Source of the DNA: Selaginella moellendorffii
Taxonomy: Eukaryota; Plantae; Lycopodiophyta
Assembly (NCBI RefSeq): GCF_000143415.4
Contig: NW_003314279.1
Location: 620,130-684,129 of the forward strand
Direction: 5' to 3'
DNA: 64,000 nt
The first letter of the stretch is position 1, and each line of letters opens with the position of its first letter. The notes below the pieces were generated by a model. The model made no database searches. It was not told where the DNA came from and worked only from the letters and a program-made list of their open reading frames with translations. Made by a program: the position numbers and the translations under genes. Positions 13,858 to 23,252 of this stretch are shown in pieces.

Positions 13858-15330
13858 ATGGAGAAGGAGTTGAACGCGCCTGTGCTTTGTGCTGCATGGG
13901 CCAAAAACGGGCATATAATCTGCGGTGGTGGAGGTGGCAATCGACACATTGGAGCCGCCAACTTTCTTGTTGTCTTGAACTTTGACGCTGATTCCCTGCG
14001 CCTCAGTGATCCGGTTAGTTTTGTACACAAATACTCCGTAATTGATCTCTTGGTTTCTGTCTAGCTCTATACGTTTGACACGGACGATGAAGTTCCCAAC
14101 ATTTTGGCCGTCCATCCCAACGGAACCGACTTTATGTGCTCCTTCATTGCTAACCGAAGGCAGACCGATTTTTCACGATTATATGTTGTGGTCCTACTGA
14201 TCTTGTACAGACACGATGGAAAATTGGAGATTTTGAGGCTCTTTTGTGACGAAGAGGAAGGGAAGCGTATAGAAATTGCTGCTGATAGGGAACAACTTCA
14301 AGCTTTGAAACATGTCAACGAGCAGTCCGCCTTGAAATTTAGTCGGGATGGGAGCTTTCTCGCAATGGGTGGAAAGGTACCACTTTGCCATCTTTCCTTT
14401 CTTGTTTCCAATTGAAGCTGGTTAGAACGGGCATCTGCAAGTCTTCGAATGGCCTTTGCTAAAGCTTGTTCTTGACAAGCCGCACAAGGCAGACAAAGGG
14501 ATAAGCGATCTGGATTTCAGGCAAGCAGTTTGATCATCAACTTTCGATTAAGTTTTCTCTGTTTTCTAAAATGTTAGCAGGGATAACTCTTGTCTGGCGG
14601 TGACGGTTGATGGGCGAGCTTGCGAGCTATGGGATCTCACAAAGAGGTCCCAAATAAGCACGATTCCTCTTCCTGGAGCAACGTTTGGCCGCTTCTCTCC
14701 AGGCGATACAAACCTTCTCCATTTGGTAGCCCAAGGCAAGTTTTTTTCTCTTTCCATCCGTCTCTTTTCATGTCAATGATCTAACTTCCAGGTCAAATCA
14801 TCACCTGGAACACCGTAACGTCTAAGCGTGTCCGAGGGGCCAGAACTTGGGGTGGCAATTCGGCCATTGCTGAGATGCAAAACGGATGCTTGGCAGTGTA
14901 AGCTTTCCGTCACCCTTTAAATTCCATGGCTACTTACAGCAATGCTTGCGCAGTGGAAGGCCTTCAGGAGCAGTGACGCTTCTAACAGAAGACTTGCAAG
15001 GTTTCTGGCAATACAGACGCCATAAGAAGCTCGTGTCTTCCGTACAGGTCTCGAGTGACGATAGGTAGCTACGACTGTTTGAGATATAAACTCACTCTGA
15101 TCTTTGTTCTTGTTCCTAGATTTTTGCTCTCGGCTAGCGAAGACCACACTGTAAGAATCACTCCTAATGACAAAGGTTGGTTTCACATTGCTTGAATTCT
15201 TTGAATTGCAGTTGTCTGAAATACGTGATCTTGTTTGTCTATAGGATCGGTGCCCGACCTTCTAGCTGCAATATTCGCGATTGCAGCCACCGCGGGTATC
15301 GGGGCGCTTTGCGTGTACTTACACCAATAA
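13858..15330 (+). CDS. SEC12/PHF1-like WD40 protein with C-terminal transmembrane anchor (multi-exon)
   Basis: GGGGG..GAANFL N-terminal motif, LAVHPNG, LKFSRDGSFLAMGG|NGHLQVFEWP, ISDLDFSRD, FLLSASEDHTVRIT; hydrophobic tail DLLAAIFAIAATAGIGALCVYLHQ*; exons join in frame across short introns. Confidence 0.88.
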
Positions 15331-15334
15331 GAGA

Positions 15335-15358
15335 GTATATTCCGGTCCGAGGATATTC
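15335..15358. promoter_or_regulatory. Tandem P1BS-like motifs upstream of histidine phosphatase 1
   Basis: GTATATTC 15335-15342 and GGATATTC 15351-15358, plus CACGTG at 15382-15387, within 155 bp of the ATG at 15488. Confidence 0.5.
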
Positions 15359-15487
15359 CCGGCGTGATGCTTGTTAGGGTACACGTGGCCAAAAGGTTTA
15401 GCAATGTTCGCATCGAGGAGGAAGGAGGAGCGCTGATTTGAGAGGAGAGAGGGCGAGTTCCATGTGAAGCGTGAGTGCTTGCAATCT

Positions 15488-17080
15488 ATGCCTGGACCGC
15501 GCATTGTCTCATCGCTGCCTGGTTTCCCAATCTCTAGCAGTGGCAGTAGCTCATTCCATCCCTCGCATTTCTCCAAGTCTTCCGCGCCAGTGATCTTTTG
15601 CCGCAGGCGCAGGCACGGCGCTAGCTCGAGAGGCAAGAAGAGGAAAGGTACATGCGCTTGCTTGACTGAGCTGCCGGGCGTGAATCCTTCTTCCTTGGTG
15701 GCAGCCGCCTCGCCTGGATCCATGGAGCCGGCTCCGTCCTTGTATCCCCTCCACCGCTGCAAGATCATCCACCTGGTAAGCTCACATCTTCCATCCAGAG
15801 CATCGCGAAGGTTTTGGATTTCTTTCTTGCAGGTGAGACATGCGCAGGGATTTCACAACGTTGCCGGTGAGGCGGACCATCGTGCGTACGAATCCTACGA
15901 GTTTCTCGATGCGAGTCTCACTCCAATGGGCTGGGATCAAGTAAAGTTCTTGTGCCATAGCTTTTCCAAGATCCTTCTTTTTCTTCTCTCTTTTGCAAAG
16001 GTTGCGAGGCTTCGAAAGCATGTCATGACTTCTGGGATCAAGGAGGCTCTTGGATTGGTGGTTGTCTCTCCGTTGACTCGGTGAGTGGATTTTTTCCTTT
16101 GGTTCCCTGGCGTAATATAAGGTGGTCTTGTACAACTCCGGCGTGGGTATTGATTTTCAGAACCATGCAGACAGCAGTGGGAGTTTTCGGTGGGAGCGAT
16201 GTGAAAGACGGTGTGAAAGAAGAGAATCCACCTCTGATGGCCGAGGGAGTCGGGAAGGCTCAACACGCGGCGATTTCCAGCTCGGGCTGTCCAAAGTTCG
16301 TAGCAGTCGAGTGGTGTAGGGAGCATATGGTAATGCATTCCACCGTAAAGTTCCTTTGGTTTTTTCTCACACAATCTTTTCTCTTTCTTTGTCCAGGGCA
16401 TTCATCCTTGTGACAAGCGTAGTCCTATCCGGGACTATAAGAATCTGTTCCCCGCAATTGATTTCTCGGAGGTAAGAAGTAGCTTTGTTGACAAGAAGGG
16501 GATCCAAACCTTGTTTTGTTCTCCAGATAGAAACCGACGAGGATACGTGGTGGAAGTGTAGCTCCAGAGAGACTTCCGAGGAGCTCCATGCTCGCGGCAG
16601 GAAATTCATAGAGTGGTAATTCTGTTGCGCCTCCGGAAGTTCTCTCACTCGCGATTTCTTTCAGGATACTAAATCGCGACGAGAAGAGAATAGCCGTCGT
16701 CTCGCACAGCAGCTATCTGATCCACCTCCTCGAGTTGTTCGGCGAAGATTGCTCTCCACTCGTCCAGCAAGAGATTCGCTCGCCGTAAGCTTTGAACTTT
16801 TCGTGTTTTCTCTGACTGAATCCTTTGCACTCGATGTCTAGTTACACCAATTGTGAGCTCCGGACGGTCGTGCTCGCGGATAGAAGGCGAGTATTCTTCT
16901 ACTTTTGTTTCTATGTTCTCAAGTTTTCCTCGGTTGTGTAGAGCTACGAGCAAGATTTCGGCGTCTAGTGACTTCCCTGGAGGTGTTCCAGAAGGACCCA
17001 GTGCTGGCAGTGATTTGGCGGATGTGATCGAAGATACTGGCAAGGAGCTAGAGGATGCAGTTGAAAATGGATCTCTCTGA
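15488..17080 (+). CDS. Phosphoglycerate mutase-like histidine phosphatase, copy 1, with putative N-terminal transit peptide
   Basis: KIIHL|VRHAQGFHNV catalytic motif, DASLTPMGWDQ, VVVSPLTR|TMQTA, CREHM|GIHPCDKR, IAVVSHS; Ser/Arg-rich extension from ATG 15488 and a second in-frame ATG at 15722. Confidence 0.92.
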
Positions 17081-17217
17081 GCTCCATCCACATTTCTCTC
17101 TTTTATATTTTTTCTCACTCTGTCGAGAGTACTACTATAATCAAGCCACAAAGATTTGTCCATAATTTGTCCTATGCTTCAGTGTTACATAGTCTGGGTA
17201 GGGCTCTTAGGAGGAGA

Positions 17218-18528
17218 ATGGAGCAAGGGCCGACGCTCCTCCCTCTCCAGCACTGCAAGATCATCCATTTGGTAAGCTCCCATCTCTTCCTCGGCTTGCG
17301 TTTGAGCTTTGTGTGTGCTACAACTACAAGGTGAGACATGCCCAAGGATACCATAACGTTGCTGGAGAGGTCGACATCGCCTCCTACAATGACTACGCTC
17401 TGCTGGATGCCAGCCTCACACCCAATGGCTGGAACCAGGTAGATCTTTCTCTTCGTCTCGGCAAGCAAGTTTTTTTCTTCTTCTTGTTGCGTGCTGTTTG
17501 AAAGGTTGCACGACTCAGGAAGCATGTCGTTGATACTGGTCTCGGAAATGGCATTGAATTGGTAGTGGTATCTCCTCTTACTCGGTAAGACCAGGACAGC
17601 CGTGCCCTTCTTTCAAGCTTTCGATTTTGCCGACAGAACTTTGCAAACTGCTGTGGGAGTTTTTGGAGGTGGTGAGTTCGTTGATGGCGAGATTGCACCA
17701 CCGTTGATGGTGAATGGAGTGGGGAAGTCTCCTCATCCAGCAGTATCGAGTGCACGGTGTCCTCCGTTCCTTGCACTGGAACTTTGTCGAGAGCACACAG
17801 TTAAGCTATTCTTTCGCGCTCCTCCTTTTGCATAATTTCTTTTCTTTTCCTCGAGCAGGGAGTGCATCCCTGCGACAAAAGGAATCCCATCAGCCGGTAC
17901 AAACTCGAGTTTCCAGGAGTAGATTTTTCCGAGGTCTGATTTGTCTCTCCTGCTTCGCGATCATCTTTGATTTGCTTTGTAGATCGAGACTGACGAAGAC
18001 GAGTGGTGGAATGCTGATATCAGAGAGCCTGACGAGGACCTCTGCCAGCGCGGTCTAGAATTTTTAAAGTGGTAAGTGATGCGAGAAAAGCTATAGATCT
18101 CTACCTGCAGAACGGAACTTGTTCTTCTTTGTTGCACAGGCTCCTCCGGCGTGACGAGAAAGAGATCGCTGTTGTCTCTCACAGCGGCTTCTTGACACAC
18201 ATGGTCACCTTGTTTGGCGACGACTGTGGAGATACTGTCCAGCAAGAAATCCGATCTCGGTATGAGCTCAACTTTATATTGCTTTTTGACTAACGTACAA
18301 ACTTGACTTTAGATTCGCAAACTGCGCTCTAAGAACAGTGATCCTGACAGACAAGAAGTAAGTGGAACCACGTTTCCTTGAGATTTCACTTGCTTTTGTC
18401 TTGTGGCTAGTGGTTTCACGAAGAAGCCGTCGCAAAGTATCAACTTTCCGGGAGGAGTTCCACCGGGGCCGAGCTCTGGCAGCCACCTCAAGGACAAAAT
18501 CGAGAGAAGCCTCTCCCAGAAGAATTAA
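17218..18528 (+). CDS. Phosphoglycerate mutase-like histidine phosphatase, copy 2 (tandem paralogue)
   Basis: MEQGPTLLPLQHCKIIHL|VRHAQGYHNV...IAVVSHSGFL...NFPGGVPPGPS; same intron positions as copy 1. Confidence 0.92.
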
Positions 18529-18615
18529 AGTTTCTTCATATAAATCATAAAGAAAAGCACTGCTGGTGCTGATGCAAGTTTTTTCTCTAAAAAACTGGGA
18601 ATGGTGGAGGATGAT

Positions 18616-19603
18616 TCAGGACGCGTCCAAGAACTGCCTAGCAAGAGGGTGGCTCGCGTTCTCTAGCTCTCCAGGCGTGACAATCTCCACAATCTGTCCA
18701 TTCACGAGCAAAAAGACAACGTCGGCCATCCTCTGGACCTGGTTGATGCTGTGAGAGACGAGCACTAGCGTGAGGCCTTTGTCCTTGCACAGCTTCAGCA
18801 GCGAGGCTTCTATATTCTGGGTGGACACCGGATCCAAGCTACTCGTTGGCTCGTCCAGCAACAGCACCTATAACGATCAACACCGCATTAGGAAGGACCT
18901 CTTCGCCAAGAGCATCACGACTCCTTACCTCTGGACGATTCGCTAGAGTTCTCGCGAGCGCTACTCGCTGGGACTGGCCGACCGAGAGGCCGTGGACGGG
19001 CTTGTCAGCAAACGAGGAATCCAGATCGGCTTGCTGGAGTAGAGCAAGCACCTCGCCATCTTCCAGAGTTTTGCCTCGGAGCTTGGGTCCATAGCGAACG
19101 TTGTAGCTCACAGTCCCTGGATCACAGCTGATGGAACAAGTGAGTGGCCGGAGAGAAACAAATCTAGGTGGCAACTTCCAAGAGAAGAAGGAAAGAACTC
19201 CAAGAGCACGACCGCATTACCTTCGAAGAGGCACGGAGTCTGGAAGAGCATTCCCACGCGCCGGCGGAGGGCGATCACGTCGAGCTTGGTCACGTCCTGG
19301 CCGTCGAGGAAGATGGTCTGCGCGGGGGGTTCCCAGAGGCGGTTGAGCGCCCGCAGGAGCGTGGATTTGCCGCTGCCGCTGGGGCCGATGATGCCCACCA
19401 CGGCGCCGGGGAAGACGTCGAAGGAGAGATTGGAGAGGATGGTGTCGCCCGTGTCGGCGCGCCGAGAGAGACGACGCACGCTCAGCTTTGGGTACGACTT
19501 GGTGCTGGGAATGTTGAGGAGATGATCCTTGTCTTGCTCTGTCCAATCAGGAAGTAAGAACAAGGAGGGAGGGAAGGAACTGACCTGTGTAATCGTGCGC
19601 CAT
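18616..19603 (-). CDS. STAR1: ABC transporter I family ATP-binding subunit, STAR1/ABCI17 (NAP3)-like
   Basis: Walker A GPSGSGKST, LRALNRLWEPP, VGMLFQ, signature LSVGQSQRVALAR, Walker B LLLDEPTSSLD, VSHS; ATG 19601-19603 with short first exon MAHDYT; no transmembrane domain. Confidence 0.9.
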
Positions 19604-20014
19604 TCTTCTTCTTCTTCCTCCTCCTCCTCCAATACCTAAAATCAAAATGCGGGTGGTATCTTTGTGAAGGGGAGAAAGTGCATGACCGGATTGACCTTTT
19701 CTGACCACCATTTTGTGTGATCTAGTATATTGTTCTATCTTTATGCTGTTTTGATAGGCTCGGATGCAAGAATGCAATTTCGGTTGTGTCTTCTTATATG
19801 CTCCTATCATAAGCTCCTAAACTTGATATATGCTCCCGATGTGTAGCTCACTTTGAGACCAAATTTGTGTGAGAATGAAAGTTCCAATTGCGCAGTACAA
19901 ACTTGCACAAGACCATTGACATAACCAATTGCAGTAGCAGAAAACCCAGAATTATCAGCACAAGATCCATGTTCCAAAACGCTAGTAGCACTAAGTTCAC
20001 TCGTTCAAGACGAA

Positions 20015-20240
20015 ACTTTCTAAAATTTGTCGTGGTCGTCGATGAACAACAAAAACATGTATTGTGTTCTTGTCAGCCATGTACAACCACACTTTTTATA
20101 CTTGTGATGGTCGTCAATGAACAACTAAAACAGCTATTGTGTTCTTGTCAGCCATGAACAACCACACTTTCTAAACTTGTGGTGGTCGTCGATGAACAAC
20201 AAAAACATCTAGTGTGTTCTTGTCAGCCATGAACAACCAC
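20015..20240 (+). repeat. Three tandem 75-bp repeats in the terpene synthase promoter
   Basis: TCGTC.ATGAACAAC recurs at 20036, 20111, 20186; TGTGTTCTTGTCAGCCATG.ACAACCAC in each unit. Confidence 0.9.
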
Positions 20241-20331
20241 CTCCAAAAACACGGCACGGCACCTTGAGTATAAAGAAGCTGGTCTCGTTTAAGCGGCATA
20301 TGGTGCTTTGAAGTATATAACAGCTGCCCCC

Positions 20332-21408
20332 ATGAGGAGCTTCAGCAGCTTCCACATCTCCCCAATGAAATGCAAGCCTGCATTGCGAGTCCATCCATTG
20401 TGTGACAAGCTCCAGATGGAAATGGACCGCTGGTGTGTAGACTTCGCTTCGCCAGAGTCCTCGGACGAGGAGATGAGGTCCTTTATAGCTCAGAAGCTGC
20501 CCTTTCTCTCGTGCATGCTCTTCCCCACAGCGCTCAACTCAAGGATCCCATGGCTGATCAAGTTCGTATGCTGGTTCACACTGTTCGATTCGCTCGTCGA
20601 CGACGTCAAGTCCCTGGGCGCGAATGCCCGAGACGCGTCGGCGTTCGTGGGTAAGTACCTTGAAACCATCCATGGAGCTAAAGGGGCGATGGCGCCGGTG
20701 GGAGGCTCGCTCCTCTCGTGCTTCGCCTCGCTGTGGCAACACTTCCGCGAGGACATGCCGCCGCGGCAGTACTCGCGCCTGGTGCGCCACGTGTTGGGCC
20801 TGTTCCAGCAGTCGGCTTCGCAGTCCCGGCTCCGCCAAGAGGGCGCCGTCCTCACGGCCAGCGAGTTTGTGGCCGGGAAGCGCATGTTTAGCTCGGGGGC
20901 GACGCTGGTTTTGCTCATGGAGTATGGACTGGGGGTGGAGCTCGACGAGGAAGTGCTCGAGCAGCCGGCCATCCGGGACATTGCGACGACCGCCATCGAC
21001 CACCTCATCTGCGTCAACGACATCCTCTCCTTCCGTGTGGAGTATCTCTCCGGGGACTTCTCCAACCTCCTCTCCTCGATTTGCATGTCCCAGGGCGTCG
21101 GATTGCAAGAGGCGGCGGACCAAACTCTCGAGCTGATGGAGGACTGCAACCGGAGGTTCGTGGAGCTGCACGACTTGATAACCAGGTCGAGCTACTTCTC
21201 CACCGCTGTGGAGGGCTACATTGACGGCCTTGGCTACATGATGTCCGGGAACCTTGAGTGGAGCTGGTTGACTGCCCGCTACCATGGTGTGGACTGGGTA
21301 GCGCCAAACTTGAAAATGCGGCAGGGGGTGATGTACCTTGAAGAACCACCACGTTTTGAGCCAACTATGCCACTAGAAGCTTACATTTCGTCTAGTGATT
21401 CTTGCTAG
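20332..21408 (+). CDS. MTPSL: Microbial-type terpene synthase-like protein (MTPSL), intronless
   Basis: ~358 aa alpha-domain-only class I terpene cyclase: aspartate-rich FDSLVDD, NSE triad NDILSFRVE, WSWLTARY (WxxxxxRY); TATA-like GTATATAA just upstream. Confidence 0.93.
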   Translation: MRSFSSFHISPMKCKPALRVHPLCDKLQMEMDRWCVDFASPESSDEEMRSFIAQKLPFLSCMLFPTALNSRIPWLIKFVCWFTLFDSLVDDVKSLGANARDASAFVGKYLETIHGAKGAMAPVGGSLLSCFASLWQHFREDMPPRQYSRLVRHVLGLFQQSASQSRLRQEGAVLTASEFVAGKRMFSSGATLVLLMEYGLGVELDEEVLEQPAIRDIATTAIDHLICVNDILSFRVEYLSGDFSNLLSSICMSQGVGLQEAADQTLELMEDCNRRFVELHDLITRSSYFSTAVEGYIDGLGYMMSGNLEWSWLTARYHGVDWVAPNLKMRQGVMYLEEPPRFEPTMPLEAYISSSDSC

Positions 21409-21719
21409 ACAAGGAATGCCATGTATATGCATGCAAGGTTGTAAACTGTTTATTGTTTTCTTTACTGGTCCTTCTTGTTCGTCATCTTCATTCTTCTCTC
21501 TATTCTTGGTCACAACTCTTCTCCAGCAATTTGAAGCGTGATTAATAATTAAGAAACTTTGTAAAAGGAGATATAGTTCTTGGAAAACCTATAGGAATCC
21601 ACATTTTTGTTGCATCAAAGCCAAAAATCAAATGCTGCCCAGCATAAACTCATTAAATAGATTGCTTAGCATATTTGATTTAATTTGTATTCTATTCCGA
21701 TTGATACAAACACTTAGTT

Positions 21720-23096
21720 TCACCTTACTTGCTGCCAAGAAGCAAGATGTGGGACAAGGGGTGGCTGCTGCTCTGGAAGAGGAAGAAGAGGAGGGAGGGA
21801 AGGAGTAAACAAGAGGGGATGTGGAGGAGGAAGGGGAAAGGGAAGAAGGGGAGGAAGCAGGGGAGGCCGAGGTGGCCGAGGTGGTGGTGGAGGAGGAGGA
21901 GCAAGAAGAGTACTAGCAGCACCACCATCTGCTGTGCAAACCAGACCGGGATCCATAGCCAGAGCTCCCGGCTGGGCAACGTTGCTGAGGTTAAACTTAC
22001 ACGAGGAGCCAACCGGCAAGTTGGCACCAATCTTGGCCAGCCGGTCGGCGGCCTCGTTCCCAAATAGCCCAGCGTGCGCTCGCACCTTGAGCAAGTGTAC
22101 GTGCTCAATGTAGCTGCTGCGAGCGACGCTGGTGATGGCGGCCAGCACCTCGCCATGGACGTGCCTGGCGAAGCTCCCCGGTCGCTTCTGGAACTCGGCC
22201 AGGAGCTTGAGCGCCGCCATGCTATCCGTGTAGAGGTAGAGGCGCGAGTAGCCCCAGAAGCTCTGCACAAGCAGCAGCGCCTCGAGGATGGCCAGGAGCT
22301 CCATGGTGAGCGCGCTCTCGTCGCCACCCAGCGCGAGCTCGATGATCCTTATCTTGCGACTCCCGTCCATCGCCCATGCATCGTACGAGATCCTGCTGTT
22401 GCCTTGGACGTGCTTGGCCAGGCCGCAGCCGCCGTTGCACCAGACGTAGTAGACTCCATAGCCGGCTTTCACTGCCTCGCCTCCCTCGGGGACGATGAGC
22501 GACCCGTCCGTGAAGACGTTCCACGGCCAGGTCGCCTCGATGTCTTCCTTGCCGTGCTCATGCGTGCAAATCGTGAAAACCGGCCTTGCTTGCTGATCAT
22601 CCGGAGGAGGGTGGATCGTTTCTTCTCCTGGTGGTGTAAGAGCTTCGTTGACGTGCGCATGGGGGACGCCCGCCGGAGGGAAGTGCTGGGGGGTGTCTTT
22701 GTTGTCGCGGACGAACGCCAGGAACGCGTCCAGGCGCTTGGTGTTGGGACTGTTCATTGCCAGGAATGACTCCGGCAACTTTCTCTTGCGAGAGTTCTTC
22801 ACTCTTCCGGCAATGGGAGAAGATGGTTTAGCCGTAGCTAGAGAAGCTGGAGCGTGCTTCGTCATCGCAGGATCTTGAGCAGCGTCGGCGGCGTTTGGAA
22901 TGGCACTCTTTTTCGCATTCGTGCTCGTCATCCTCTTTTCCTTCTTTGCCGCCTTTGTAACCACAGCGTGAAGCTGAGAGCCCGACGCCGATCCCTCCTT
23001 GTGCTTGTTCTTCGTCATCTTCTTCTTCTTGGGACCTAGTTTTACCTTGACAGCCACCGTCGCCCCGATCTGGAGCTCCTTGGGCCTCTTCTTCAT
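21720..23096 (-). CDS. RNase H type 1 domain protein with Lys-rich N-terminus and Pro-rich C-terminus
   Basis: FTDGS / MELLAILEAL / LYTDS / VRAHAGLFGNEAADRLAK: all D-E-D-H-D catalytic residues present in a 458-aa ORF. A GTAAGG donor just before the stop may add a downstream exon. Confidence 0.85.
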   Translation of the reverse strand: MKKRPKELQIGATVAVKVKLGPKKKKMTKNKHKEGSASGSQLHAVVTKAAKKEKRMTSTNAKKSAIPNAADAAQDPAMTKHAPASLATAKPSSPIAGRVKNSRKRKLPESFLAMNSPNTKRLDAFLAFVRDNKDTPQHFPPAGVPHAHVNEALTPPGEETIHPPPDDQQARPVFTICTHEHGKEDIEATWPWNVFTDGSLIVPEGGEAVKAGYGVYYVWCNGGCGLAKHVQGNSRISYDAWAMDGSRKIRIIELALGGDESALTMELLAILEALLLVQSFWGYSRLYLYTDSMAALKLLAEFQKRPGSFARHVHGEVLAAITSVARSSYIEHVHLLKVRAHAGLFGNEAADRLAKIGANLPVGSSCKFNLSNVAQPGALAMDPGLVCTADGGAASTLLAPPPPPPPRPPRPPLLPPLLPFPLPPPHPLLFTPSLPPLLPLPEQQPPLVPHLASWQQVR

Positions 23097-23252
23097 CCTC
23101 TCCTACCTTTCAATGCGATATAGCGATCGTTGTCTTGCAGCGCTGCTCCAGGGAATCACGTAGCTCGCCCGACGAACGCAATCGAAAACCTAGCCCTCAC
23201 CTTTACGTCGAACCCAACGTTTTAGGGTTCCTCCCTTTAGCGTCATGAACAT

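Noticed and set aside
20015-20240. CRISPR-like appearance of spaced repeats
   Set aside because: Whole 75-bp units repeat with no unique spacers; eukaryotic context, no cas genes.
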